Origin: the human T2T-CHM13v2.0 reference genome, Homo sapiens
NCBI RefSeq assembly: GCF_009914755.1
Contig: NC_060934.1
Strand: one strand, 5' to 3'
Length of the DNA stretch: 64,000 nucleotides
Both the position numbers and the translations under genes were made by a program. Within the stretch, counting starts at the first letter, position 1. Every line of letters begins with the position of its first letter. Below the pieces are notes generated by a model. The model saw only the letters and a program-made list of their open reading frames with translations. It had not been told where the DNA came from and searched no databases. Below, in pieces: positions 1 to 43,426 of the stretch.

Positions 1-13
1 ACCAGAACTCTGA

Positions 14-693
<680 letters not shown>

Positions 694-1907
694 GGGAAAG
701 TCCTTTTATATCAAACTTTATATCAACTCTGAATGGTTAAACTGGGATATCAGTTGAGAGGAGCTGCATGAAGCTTGTACTTAACTTGTGTCCTGACTGT
801 TGAGCTATAACTCCATTATCTGCTTTAATAATCACATTGTATATTAAAGACTAAATCGGGCAGATTAACCCTGAATGTGATCTGGAAAGCCGCAGAATGC
901 TCCTCCTTTCTCCCAGTCACTCCTAGGATTTGATAGACAGTCTAGATCAGTGGTTTTCATGTTTTAGTGTGGCTAAAAATGGCAGCCCGAGGTTGTATAC
1001 CCAAAACCAGGCACACTGTCCTTTATGCATGATTTAATGGATTTTCACAGGCACTGGATTGACTTTTGAGCCCACTGAACCCTAGCATGCCCCGCACCTC
1101 TGGCCGTTGGCCCTAACTCCCCAAAATATGAGTTCATCTGTTCATTTCTGCTCTTCCTAGTTTTATCCCAGTCTTGTCTGCACTTCCTTCTCCTTGGTTT
1201 GAACTTCTACTGTTGCCCTCCTCACCCCATCCCATTGTGCCCCTCTAGAAGCCTGTGCTGTTGTTAACAAACTACCCTAAGTTCTCAGCTGCACCACTGA
1301 ATGCTCTTTCACTCTCCTCACCTTTCCCCGTGGATACTGGAGCCCAGGGAAGACTCCCTTCCACACCCCACGACTGGACTGGGGCTGGGAGGGGGCCACT
1401 TACTTCGCTCGTCACCTCCTATAAGATCACCTGCTTCGAGGTTCATGCCATCAGCTCTGCCATCCTTTACTTCCTGCCATCCTTTATGGCCAGCTTCCTG
1501 GTCACACCTCCATGTCCCCTGAAGACTTTGGTACCTGACTCATCGTTGTCCTCCTCATCTCTTATCCTGGCAACACCCTGGTGACATCAGTACCTCTGTC
1601 AATAACCTGTGCCGACCCCACCACTGTTTGCTGGGTGTGTGTGGGGGGGGTGCATAGCTTCAACATCTTAGCCTCAGCTACAGCCCTGATCACCTCAGCT
1701 CCACTGGGCTTCACTTCACTCCACGCTTCTACAGCTGCTCACCACCTTGAATGTGCCATGGCGAAATCTTGCCTCCCTGTGTCTCACATTCTAACCATAA
1801 CCCCAGCTTGCAGTCCTCTCTCTCTCTCTCTCTCATTTCATCCTAACATGTTTCAATCACAGGAAGATTCTCAGTCCCTAGCCCCAGTATTGCCCTTCAA
1901 CCTAGGA

Positions 1908-2032
1908 AGAGGGGCCCCTCCCCTGGCCCTCATGTTTTGGAGGGCCCCCCCTGGGTCTCATGTTTTGGAGGGCCCCTGCCTTGAGTCTCAGGCTTTGGAG
2001 GGCCCCCCTGGGTCTCATGCTTTGGAAGGCCC
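1908..2032. repeat. Degenerate tandem repeat (~28-30-bp unit, ~4 copies)
   Basis: Unit approximately GGAGGGCCCCCCTGGGTCTCATGTTTT; it produces the LEGP repeats in ORF 1581..2069. Confidence 0.8.
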
Positions 2033-2764
2033 CACCAGAACCCTTCTCAGGTTGTGCCCATTCCTATGAGGTGAGGAGCCTGCAGGGCCCAGTGAACATG
2101 CCCACCAGAGCCCATGCCCACCCTCTCCATATCTAGACCAAACTCTGCATACAGGAGACCTCAGAATTCCTATTTGAAGCCATCCTGAGCCTGCTTCTGG
2201 GGCCTGCATGGACTTTCCCTCAGAGTCCCTCCTTCAGAAGATGGACTGAACTGCCAGTGACATACCCCTAAGCCGTTGGGGTGGTCAAGCAGGGTATGTA
2301 TGTGATGGGGAGAGAGCTTGGATGTGCAGGCTAGGGTGTGCCCCTCCCAGTGTGGGACAGAGGCCAGGGGCAGGAAGAGGAGTGTGTGTCTAGGGCTGGC
2401 TCTCCCTGCATGACCTCATCTGGCACAGGCAGGAGGAGGACTGAGTCCTAATAAGGGAACCTCCAAGTTTGCCTGGCTGGATTTCAGAATCTCTGTGGAC
2501 CTGTGACTTCTGGGTACCTCCTGTTTCCCCCTTTTTGAACAGGGGTGTCTGTAGCAGTTATGCTGTGCCTATCCCACCATTGTGTGTTGATATCTCTTTA
2601 GTTCACAGGTCTTCAGATGGAGAGGAACTGCTGTACTCAAGGAACTACACCCAAGGAGCCTCATGTGGCTACCGTGAAGGCTGGGATCTCGGGGAGGTTT
2701 TGGGAGGGAGTGAGTATGTTTTCCATGTGGGAGGAATGAAAGTAAATGTGACCATGGCATAGGC

Positions 2765-3635
2765 TGTGAGGATTTAAAGAATATCCACAAATTGACACTC
2801 CTTTCAAAAGATAGGCTGTGGGGGCCTGGTGCAGTGGCTCACTCCTGTAATCCCAGCACTTTGGGAGGCTGAGGTGGTTGGATCACGAGGTCAGGAGTTC
2901 AAGACGAGCCTGGCCAAGATGGTGAAACCCTGTCTCTACTAAAAATACAAAAAATTAGTCGGGCGTGGTGGCCGACGCCTGTAATCCCAGCTACTCAAGA
3001 GGCTGAGGCGGAGAATTGCTTGAACCCAGGAGGCAGAGGTTGCAGTGAGATCGTGCCACTGCACTCCAGGCTGGGCAACAGGGCGAGACTCCAACTCAAA
3101 AAAAAAAAAAAAAAGGCTGTGGGGATTTAAAGAATATCCACAAATTTTTTGATACTCCTTTCAAAAGCTAGAGCCTAACTTCCCCCTCTTGAGTGTGATC
3201 TGGTCTTACTAACTCACTTCTAACAAACAGAATAAGGCAGAAATGATAGTGCGATTTCTGAGGCTGGATCATATAAGACATTGTGGCTTCAGTGTCTCTC
3301 TCGGATCACTTGCTCTGAGAGAAGCCAGCGGCCATGTCACAAGGACACCCAAGCGGCCACATGGAGAAGCTCACATGGCAAGGAACTAAGGCCTCCTGCC
3401 AAAAGCCACATGAGGGTGCCATCCTGAAAGCAGGTCCTTGAGTGCCGTTAACCCTTCAGATGATTGCAGCCCCAGCTAGCATCTCAACTGCAACCCCCTG
3501 AGGGGCCCCAAGCCAGAACCACCCATATAAGCCAGTCCTTAATTTTTGACCCACAGAAACTTTCAGATAATAAAATGCTTGTTTTAGGCCATTAAATTTG
3601 GGGGCAATTTGTTACACAGTAATCGCAGCTAATGC
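2765..3635 (+). mobile_element. MLT1-type MaLR LTR interrupted by an Alu (2822-3115)
   Basis: MLT1-like body and end (...ggggcaatttgttacacagtaat); Alu TSD aggctgtgggg. Confidence 0.7.
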
Positions 3636-3664
3636 TGCTATTTCTTTTATTTATTATTATTATT

Positions 3665-5650
<1,986 letters not shown>

Positions 5651-5701
5651 AAATACTGTACTTGTGACATCTTGAGCTTGTCTTTCCCATACCCCATCCT
5701 T

Positions 5702-7347
<1,646 letters not shown>

Positions 7348-8215
7348 TCTTTACACACACTTGACTGTTAAGTGCCTTGAGAGTAGGGACTGTGTCTCAG
7401 TGGACTTTGCTTACCCTGTGGATGACACAAAGTAGTTGCTTGTGGTAGGTAGTAACTACCTACTAATGCCGCTTTGGTCTAAAGGACTTTGGATGTAAGC
7501 ACTCAGATTTATTTACTAAATTCAGCTCTGGAAAAAACTGCCATTATTCCCCTGTTTAGCCACAGATCTTCTTCCCCTGGTCATTAGGTATTGTGTACAT
7601 TCCTTGGGTTTGCAGAAGGTGAAGCCACAGAGAAAGTGAAGTGCAGGGGGCTACAAATTGCTACAGAAAATTCACATTGTGAATAAGCCCTGCTGCAGGT
7701 AGTGGAGGTGACTCATTTATCAGACTGGGTGTTTCGGGGAGGTAGGGTGCTGTGGTGCAGTTGGGATGGAAATGCCGGTCTTTGTTGTTAGCCTCACAAT
7801 AACATCAAACATACCAGACTATTTCCCAGAAGAGCCAGGATGACTGCAAACCGACCTGTCTGAGCTCGAATGAAGGAATGAATGAGGGCTTCTGGTGCCT
7901 GATGTCTTAGAAGTAAATTCTGCTAACCTTTTGCAACATGAGTAAGCCCAGTCATGACCAGGCAAGACAGCTGGCTGGGCTTGCTCATGGGAGGGAAATC
8001 TTCCAGGCTGCAGCTTTCATCTGGGTTTTGAACTGTGGAAGCCTATCCTTTTCTGGTTTAGGAGGAGGGTAGAACGTTGAGAGCATTTGAGCAGACATGG
8101 CTTTCAGAGCCAGAGAAAGTCAAGGGGGAAAAGGCTTTGCTCAGAGACTATGGCTGATGGCTATTAAAGATCACTTCGTTTCATTTGTCATTTTATAGAT
8201 TAAAAAAATGAGGTA

Positions 8216-8534
<319 letters not shown>

Positions 8535-8633
8535 CTACCGGCGACATTATTGGATAGATGACTGCTTTGGGAGTTCCAGTTGAACCCATTTCTATTTCAT
8601 TAGACTGCTCATTTTTTCTTTTTCCTTTGGCTC

Positions 8634-9380
8634 TGTTAAAAGAAAAAATTACAAAGAATTTAGTTTAAACATCTTAACTGGCTTTTAGTTCCAATTCTAC
8701 AATTGGGCAACGCTTCATTCTGTAAAATGGAATGAATGTTCCAATGAGAAGAGGAAGTTGGTATTACAGACAGAAAAGGACCGAGGAAAGCAGAAACAAA
8801 AAGTGGATTAGTTGGTAGAAAGTTACTTTTCTTGTAAAGGTTAAAGAACACGGGACTTCTTCATGCCAGCTAAAACTGACCTGTTTGGGGATTTTTGTTT
8901 TGAGACAGGGTCTTACTCCAGCGGGCAGGCTGGAGTGCAGTAGTGGCACCATCTAAGCTTACTACAGCCTCAACCTCCCAGGCTCAAGCGATCCTCCCTC
9001 CTCAGCCTCCCAATTAGCTGGGACTACAGGCGCCAGCCACCACGCCCGGCTATTTTTTTTTTTTTTTTTTTTTTTTTTTTGGTAGAGGCAGGGTATTACT
9101 ATGCCTAGGCTGGTCCGGAACTCCTGAGCTCAGGCGATCCGCCCACCTCGGCATCCAAAAGTGCTGGTATTACAGGTGTGAGCCACCGCGCCCAGCCTGT
9201 TTGGGGATCTGGCTAGCATCTGTTTCTCTCCTGATTTCTTGGAAGGTCAGATAAAGATCCTAGCTTTGGCGTGGTAGTGTGAAACTTCAGCATGAGTAAC
9301 CCCATTTTGGTTTGGTCTGATGGGCCTAATGCAGGAGGTCAGTCTAAACTAACGGTCTCCCATATACATTTTATCTAATA
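8634..9380 (-). mobile_element. MER67/MER31-like ERV1 LTR with an internal antisense Alu, just upstream of the VDAC2 CpG island
   Basis: The - strand reads ...CTCCTGCATTAGGCCCATCAGACCAAACCAAAATGGGTTACTCATGCTGAAG; Alu TSD cctgtttggggat. Confidence 0.6.
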
Positions 9381-10304
9381 GCTCTGTCACCCTTCCTGCA
9401 CACCCGGGGAACTCGGGTGCGGCATTCTAACGCCTGCTCAGCATGATTCCACATTTTCTCCAGGCCCATAATCCAGAGGAGGTTGGGCCCGGAGCAGGCT
9501 TGCCTCGCCAAGCTCCGGCTCCGTGCGTGTGTGAAGCAGTGCCATGCCTGAGTGGGGAGGAGCCGCGGAAGAGAAAGCGTAAGGCGGCGTGGAAATGGGT
9601 GGGGCACGCTAGGACCCGCTCACATTTGTTCAGGGAGAGGCAGTCCCAAAAAGCCTCTCAGGCACACAACCCAGCACAGCAAGGCAGTCACACCAAGGTG
9701 GGAAAAGAGGGCAGAAGAGCGCGAGGGGCTGGAGGTGGCGCCCCTGTGTCCCACTCGTTCTCCCTGGGCTGGGAAAGAGAAGCGGTCCCTCAGAAGCGCA
9801 GGCTGCGCTAGCTTAGGATGGACGTGGGTAACGCTCAGCTGACTCCCCGCAGGCACCCTATGCAGGGCTTTGTTTCGGGGGGGAACCCGCACCAGCGCGT
9901 AAGGGGAGTAGGAGAGATCTACGTGACCCTGGTGCGCAGCCGCGCCCTATCGCCCCGGCCACGCGCCGACGCCCCGCCCCGTCCGTGACGCGTTCGCGCG
10001 GGGCCTCCGCCCCATCCCCCTCCCAGGCGGTCCCCAGCGCGCTGCCTCCGCCGTTCCCCGCCCCCTCGCCTCTGAGGCTGCCCGGATAGCTGCCTGATCC
10101 AAGGCCCAGCAGCTTCTGCCTTCCGGATCCCCACCGACGGACGGAGGCAGCCCACCTGCAGGACCGGGGCGCTGTCGGTCCACGTGGCCGCTCTGGAGCA
10201 GGTTGGAGTTGGCAGCGGGCTGCGCTGCAGGGACAGGCGCGGCGGACAGCCCCGGGGGCAGCGGCGGGGTCCTGTCTGGGAGAGGACAGGGTTGCGGCGG
10301 GCGG

Positions 10305-10423
10305 AACGGTGTCTCCTTCACTTCGCCCTCCAGCTGCTGCAGCTGCAGCCCGACCGCGAGCGTGCCAAGCGGCTTCAGCAGCTAGCGGAGCGGTGGCGGC
10401 GGCCCCCCTCAGGACACCACCAG
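10305..10423 (+). other. VDAC2: VDAC2 non-coding exon 1 (5' UTR); 5' end approximate
   Basis: Donor CAG|GTACCG at 10423/10424 inside the CpG island; resembles the recalled VDAC2 mRNA leader. Confidence 0.75.
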
Positions 10424-10643
10424 GTACCGCCGCGCCCGCCTCACGCCGACCCAGGGGCCTAGGCCGCGGCGGCCAAGCCGGAGGCCCGCGCCGGACTCGG
10501 AGTCGGCCCTGGCTTCCTAAGATGGCCGCGCTGCCCCGCGGCCCCTCGCCCCTCTCTGCCCGGGATCTCCCTTTGGCCCTTTGACCCCAGCTTACCGCAC
10601 TTCTTGTCCCTCCCGCAGATTCCCCTCTTCCCGCGGCCTCGCC

Positions 10644-30483
<19,840 letters not shown>

Positions 30484-30950
30484 TCCAGCTGAAAGAAACC
30501 TTTGGGAATGGATATCAGAAGATTTGGCCTTAATATATTTCCATTGTGACCAGCAGCAGGCTTTTTTCCCCCAAGAAGATGATCAAAACAAAGGATGATC
30601 TCAACAAGAGCTGTATTTTAAGTATTTAGACAGTTCTTTGTTAGCTGGTTTCTAGTTGGTTATCTAGTTACCAATGCTGCAGTCCTGCAGTCACCTATAC
30701 ATTATTTAAATGTATTTAACTGTTAAATGCGCTACCCACCAATAATGAAATAGACCTTTATGAAAACTGTGCAATTGTGTGCATGTTTGTTTTTATGTTC
30801 CTTTAGAAAACATTGACTGTTACCATTGAATGAGATGGATCAGTGGATATTAAGATGAGGTTACAAATTTTGTTAAGTTCAGCCATTATTACTTTTGGTA
30901 TCCCAGAACATGACAAATTATGAATAAAACAAGTATACATAATTAATGGC
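30484..30950 (+). terminator. VDAC2: VDAC2 3' UTR with a proximal variant poly(A) signal (AATGAA 30744-30749) and a distal AATAAA (30923-30928)
   Basis: Both hexamers are present; a GU/U-rich tract (ttgtgtgcatgtttgttttt, ~30775-30800) follows the proximal one. Confidence 0.7.
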
Positions 30951-32223
30951 TCCAAGTATTTGCGGAGTTCCACGTTTGCCAGCTAGGATCAAATCCCCGT
31001 GGTAGCTAGCCAATACTTGATTTTTCCAGTGAGTATTTTGCTCTGTACCTAAATCTGTGCCACAGAATCTTCTGTGTCCCTAGATTCCACGAGCTTTTTA
31101 AGACTACAATAAGAGGATACATGCTTTTACACTTTTACATGCACAGTTTGTAAGTCTGTGCAGAATTGCCCTGCATCATTGAAAGGAAAAAGAGAAGGTG
31201 CTGAAAAGTTACACAAACACACCATACCCCTGTGAGCTACTGCTAGGAACATAAAGTAGGCCCTGGTTTGGTGAGATGGTGTTAAGCATACAGAAGAGGA
31301 GTAAGGTGTAGACAGTGAGGGTAACCTGAGGGACTGTGAGAGGTCATTACTCATTTCCTTCTAGGCAGACACACTGAAAGGTGGGTATAGGTAGGAGACC
31401 AGAGACAACCCCTTTAGGCTGCGTGGCATTGGCCTTCATCTGGGCATGAATGAGACATTAATAGGTGGTTCTGGCTGGAAAAGTAGGTAAGAGTACGTTT
31501 TCTGATGGGAGAAGATAATTGGATATGATTAAAGGTTGGAGAAGATTTGTTCAACAAATCTGTAATAGACCTGAAGAATGGTAGAACCTGAGTGATAAGA
31601 AATGGGTAAGAAAATGGAAGGACTTATCACCCAAGAAATGATACATGCTACAAACTTCCAGGTTGAGAAGAAGCTGGTGAGAGACCAGAGCTCAAGCAAG
31701 CTCTCCACACAGGAGGGTTGGGGGCATGAAGACCCCTCTGGTCCCACTATTCCTAGGGGACTGGCTTGAATGGCCCATGTGAATCATGGTTCTCTGGAAG
31801 GCCCTCTCCAGACAGACATGACTTAAGTGACAGAGGGTTAGAATTTGAGCCAGCTTGAGTCAGGTAAGAGGAGAAACATGAAAAGATGTCCATGCAGGCT
31901 AGGCCTGAAAGCAACTCCAGCAGTGTGAAGTAGACCCGCAGGCAACTAACCACTGCTGGTGGTCCTTCAAAGAGAAAAACCCTAGTCATGGGGACTGCTG
32001 CCCCTTAGCTAATGGGTGGCCCTTTATTGGGCAGTGGCTACAGTAATTTGGACTGAGGTGTGGCACGAGTGAGTTAACTGTTTTGTCAAGGATTTCCTTA
32101 GAGTAAATTGAACCTATTCACCCACATGCATCCTAATATGCTTTTATGAGTTAGAAAAGGGTAGGTTTCCAGCCGTGGTGTTGCGTAGTGTCCAAAATGC
32201 AAAGTTTGTCCCAGGAGCTGTGA

Positions 32224-32547
<324 letters not shown>

Positions 32548-32931
32548 TCATGTGGCTCTTTTAGCTCTGCTTCCATCAGTCTCCAGGGACACTTCCCACC
32601 ACCGAGGCTTACCAGGTAGTGGCAAAAGCTGCTTGAATTCCAGGCTAATGCCACTTATGCCTGAGGCAGTGTCAGTGGAAAGAATTTGACCATCTGCCAG
32701 TGGAGATAAGATCTGTGAGGTTGGGGAGATTTAAATAAGCAGAGCACCTGGGTCGAAGGTGCTCTATGAGGCCTGGTTCCTTCTCCACCTCCCCTCATAG
32801 GCAGATGGTTCAGGAAAGCCTGAAGTTCTCTTCATCCTCTAGGGAGTGTAGTAACAACTGCTGTACCTATAGGCTTGTCTGCTTCACGCCTCCCTGGCCA
32901 GTGATCCCCCTCACTTAAGAATTTCAAGGAG

Positions 32932-32981
32932 ACGGCAGGATACTCAAGTCAACCCCACGGCAGGATACTCAAGTCAACCCC
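32932..32981. repeat. Perfect 25-bp tandem duplication
   Basis: ACGGCAGGATACTCAAGTCAACCCC x2. Confidence 0.95.
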
Positions 32982-33497
32982 GAGGTCCTCAGGTCCAGGC
33001 CAACTGGCCTGGCTCTTAGAGGTGATGTTCCCCCACCAGGGCCTCCACTGGAGAGGTGAGGCTGGGGAGCTGACTGTGCTGTGAAGACATGAGCAAGCCG
33101 CCAGCAGAACTGGCATCACCTACAAAAGCACACAAGTGACACCCGTGGTCCCCTGCAATCCTCTTTCATGTTGTCAGACACCAGACGTGGCTCTCTACCA
33201 GTCCCAGCTGCTCAGAACCAGAGCTTCGCCTGCCCTGAGGGAGAGATGTAGGAGGCAGACAAGCCCGAGGTGCTGGGGTCTCTGGCCATTACACGTGGCC
33301 AGGCCAGTTAAAACTTTATAACCTGCCTCCTGCCAGCTGGAGGTTCCTGCAGTTGGGCCACAGACCTGGCGCCAGGGAGGGGACGAATCTCAAGGCCCCT
33401 TTCACTGAAGGCAGGAGCTGTCTGTGCTGGGCCTTCCCTCCCTTCCCCATCCAGCGCCACACACGGAGGCTCAGGAGGTCGTGTGTCCCAGCCCCAC

Positions 33498-33503
33498 TTT
33501 ATT
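33498..33503 (-). terminator. COMTD1: COMTD1 poly(A) signal AATAAA
   Basis: tttatt on the + strand, about 78 nt past the stop codon. Confidence 0.85.
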
Positions 33504-33580
33504 TTCGAATTTAAAACTCAGGGTCAATTCCTGGGGTTCCCAGGCAACCCTCCCTCGAGCCCACTCACTAGGGGCCAGCC

Positions 33581-35720
<2,140 letters not shown>

Positions 35721-36321
35721 TCCATTCCCCTCCTGCCAATGCTTTTTTCTCCTCGCCACCATTTATTCTGAGGCCCCTTGGGGGCATATGTGAATTGTGT
35801 ATGGAGGGCGCCAGTGTAAGTTACAAGATAGTCACAAGTACAAGAGATAGAGATTAAAGGGGGAAGGCCTCCTGGACAAGATGCCCCAAAGCATCAGGCT
35901 GAAGGAGTGAGGGAACTGGTTTGAGGGCATGCAGCCTCGAATTGGGGTTCAGGAGCCCTGGGGTGGGCCTGTGGAACTGAGACCATATTCTTAGCTGTTA
36001 AAATCCTGCTTTTGGGGGCCAGATGGATACGAGTGTCTAATCTTGGTCCTGCCAGTCTCTCTGAGCCTCAGTTTCCTTCCTGTAAAATGAGGCCTACAAT
36101 CTTACCATAAAAGGCACCAGATCCCACAGCTTCGCACACAGTAGCACAATACATAAGTGGCAGCTGCTGTTATGTTGGTAGGTTGGAATGAAGACATCTT
36201 GGGGAGAAAGCCGGTGAAGCTCCCTTGCAAGGTTGTTCTGTTGAAACACTGTCCAGAGAACACTGATTGAACCCCTACCATGCGCCAAACTCCGGAGGAG
36301 GTGAAAGACGCTGACGCTGTC

Positions 36322-37529
<1,208 letters not shown>

Positions 37530-38519
37530 AAGAATCCATTTTAACAACGCTGACTAGGCATTGAGCTCCACTGGGGGGCTTCCCAGGCGGGGGCTCAACC
37601 TGAGCGAGGCCCAGAGGCCAGCTTGTTGAGTAGTTAATGAGAGAGTGGCTTGGCTGAGGATGAAGGCCAGAAACTTGCAGTTTCTTGATCTGAGCTGCAG
37701 GAACCTTGGGCCTAGCGGAAGCGAGGAAGGAGGAGGCGGAGCTCTGGGGTGAGGCTACGGGCCGGCCTCTAATCAGAGACAGGGTGGGGCTGGTTCTTTG
37801 ACCAACCAGCCGGCAGCCCCCGAAGCACATGGCTGTGTGGGGGCAGAGCCTGCTGTCTCCGTGCATGCGTGCCCTTTCGGCCCTCCTGGGACTTGCCTCC
37901 GGGCTAGCAGCACTGCTCGAGGACAAGCTCCTTGCCCTTTACTCTTTGACCCTCTACGTCCCGCTTGGCCTCTAACTTGACCGTGAATCTCATTCTGCGG
38001 GTAAGGACTGAGGCTGCTGGTCTCTCCTTCCCAGGCCTGAGCATACAGCAGGCGCTAAATAAATGCTCTTGACTAGAGTTCTGGCGCTGCCTGGCGCTCC
38101 TTGCTGCCAGGAGTAAAAATAGTAACAGCAGGGCCCCTTTATTGAGGACCTGCCGGGCACCAGGCACAATGCATCCAGGATCCGGGGGCGGCTGTGATCT
38201 TGTTCCCATTTTCCAGAGCAGGAAAGCTCAGAGACCACCGCCCAGACCCTGCAGCCAACAGAGGAAACGCGCGTACCTCTCCCTTGAACCCTGGGACCCA
38301 GAGGGAACAGGCCTTCTTGGCTCCTCTGCTGGGACGAGGGCCCAGCTCGAGCTGGCCTGAGGGCCCTGCGCTCAGGTGGTGCCGCTGACCGCTCTCTCCC
38401 TTCAGCCCGGGGGTCCAGGTTGCAGCAGGCCCCCAGCTCACACTGAAACTCCCTCCTACAGCCTGGCTTTAGGCCGGAGCGGTGGAGGTTGAGGGGGAGC
38501 GGGTGGGGAGGGGAGGCAT

Positions 38520-38900
38520 GTCACCATCTATCCCCGTCAGATTAAAAAACTAATTTGAAAAGATTAATGTATTCCATTCTTGTTACGCTGGCTCTGATAC
38601 CTCTGGGCCGGCGGCCGCTCTGCTTCCTGATTATTGAATTTTTATGGCCTGGTAATTAATTGCAGATTCCCTGTTTTGTTCTATTTCTTTTTCTCTGACA
38701 TTTTAATTTCAACAAAAAGCAGTGGTCTCCATGCAGGTTCTCTCTGGAGATCCTAATGGTCTATAAAACAGAATGACTTATAGACGTGGCACCCACTTCA
38801 GTTGGCGAGCGATTGTTTGAAACCTTGCTGATGACGCAGAATTTAATTTTTCCACCCCCTCCCCTTTTTGCTACTCATTTCTTGTCTCTTGCATGGCGGC
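38520..38900. promoter_or_regulatory. Candidate conserved non-coding element / developmental enhancer
   Basis: Repeat-free AT-rich block with clustered TAAT/ATTA cores, TTTTATGGC, TAATTAATTG and TGACA motifs. Confidence 0.5.
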
Positions 38901-40329
38901 ACCAGTATCTCAGCTCACCAGGAAGGGAGCAAAGTGTCGCCTCCGAATCTGTTCTAGGGCTTTTTCCTAGAAGCCTGGGGGCTGAAGACAGAGTGGGTTT
39001 TGATTCTTCTCCAGGCAGTGGGCCTGGTAGAGGGTGGGGGGAGCTGAGCCTCCCCAAAGGGCCTTGTGGATGTGGGCAGCAGCCCCCAGGGGAGGGAATG
39101 GGCAGGGGAGGTCATTTCCACCTGTCTCAGGTGCGTTTTGGCCAAATGCCATTGCCCCATTAAGCACCAAGGAACCTGAAGCCTCATCAGGGCAGAGAAA
39201 ATGGGCATCAGCACCTGCACTTAGGCCCCCACCAGGCAGAGAGGGGGCAGGCTGAGTAGACTGATACAGACAGACGCAGATAGCCTGACAGTCTTAGCTG
39301 AACTGGGTCACTGGGAACAGCTCTCCACACAAACAGGTCTGGAACAGACCCCTGAGTTTCCATCCTACTGGTCCCACTCCTATTTCTCATAGCCCTGCTA
39401 GCATCACACAGGCTGGGCGCTGTCGCCCGAGATCCCCCGGGACTGAGCAGGGCAGGAGGCAGAAGGTAAGGTCGTAGAATCAATCCTAAGGGATTGGAGT
39501 TCAGATGTTTTTTGGGGCCAGGCAGGTGAAGTAAGCAGGGCAAGGTGATAGGGGGTGGTGGGTACTGGAGCACTCCAGAGCTCACCCTCCACCAGGGGAC
39601 ATGGTGGCCACTTGGCTTTAGCCTTGGATGCCAAGTGGGAAGATGGGCCCAGTATGGCCAGAGCTTCCGATTCCCCAACAGAGGTTGGCAATATGGCTTT
39701 CAGTGTGAAACTTCACAATTTTAAACATCGGGGTGTGTGTGTGTATGTGTTTAAACACTGTTGGCCAAACTGAACACATATTTGAGCTTCATGTCTGCTC
39801 TGGCTCATGAGGCACCAGTTTCCTCTGACTCTGAGCATGAATGAGAGAAGTTAGGGCTTGAAGTGGAGTCCCCTAGAGTGAGAAGGGCCTCAGTGGCCAG
39901 CAGACCACCGCCGATGTCTGGGTGAGGTCTACTGGGCTCCCCAAGGAGGACAGTACCTTTTACCTAAGACGTCGGGAGGCAGGGCTGTAACTCCAGGGGC
40001 TTTAGGACGGTTCAGGCCAAGTGCACTGACACAGGTAGACACAGACAGATGGCGACTTGGGGGCTCCTGGGGCTCCTCACATGAGCTGGGAGCATGACGG
40101 GGCCACAACCTGGTCCCACCTCCTCTGTGCTGAGATCCTGGGGAGCTGACCCTGGCAGCGCCCCTAGTGACTCACTTTCCTCATCTGGAGAGGCTGAATG
40201 GGAAAGCTACAGCATGGGCTTTAGAACAGATGGACTTGGGTTCAAACATCTGCCCCACCACTCACTTTGCAGCTGAGTAAGCTCAGAGTTTCTGAGAAAC
40301 TCTAGAAAACTAGGAAATGGGCATGAACC

Positions 40330-43007
<2,678 letters not shown>

Positions 43008-43357
43008 TGAGTCCCTCCTTCCCCCAAAAGAAGATAAACACACTTTGCAGACTCCCCTGCAGGCACATGACCTAGCTTCCACCGATCAGATGCACAAGAC
43101 TTGGAAGCAAGTAAACGTGGGCAAGGTGAGCTAGCTGGGCGTGGAGGAGAGTGATCTCCCGGCAAGCAGGTATGACGCGGTGCAGGTGCCTGTTTCCACT
43201 GGGGTGGCTGTGGTGGAGCCTCTACCAAGAGGCGGGCTGTGGCGGTAGCTGTGTTGTAGTTAGGACAGTCCTGTGGTGAGATTGGGTGGGGCTCCCCGGC
43301 TGTATTGTTCCTGGTAGTGGATCATCCAAGCCTGCTTCTCTGGTCTTCCCAGAGTCT

Positions 43358-43426
43358 GCTGTTTGTAACAAAGTGAACTTGCTGTTTGTAACAAAGTGAA
43401 TTCTGTTGTTTGCAACAAAGTAGAAT
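43358..43426. repeat. 23-bp tandem repeat, ~3 copies
   Basis: GCTGTTTGTAACAAAGTGAA(C/T)T twice, plus GTTGTTTGCAACAAAGTAGAAT. Confidence 0.85.

Noticed and set aside
1581-2069. 162-aa ORF with LEGP repeats
   Set aside because: Non-ATG start; the repeats come from a degenerate DNA tandem repeat; no splice or promoter support.
9650-10205. Additional upstream VDAC2 first exons (donor-like gtaacg ~9828, gtaagg ~9899)
   Set aside because: Plausible, but boundaries cannot be fixed from sequence alone.
40153-40172. CTCF-like cagcgcccctagtga
   Set aside because: One base short in the core G-run; too weak to call.
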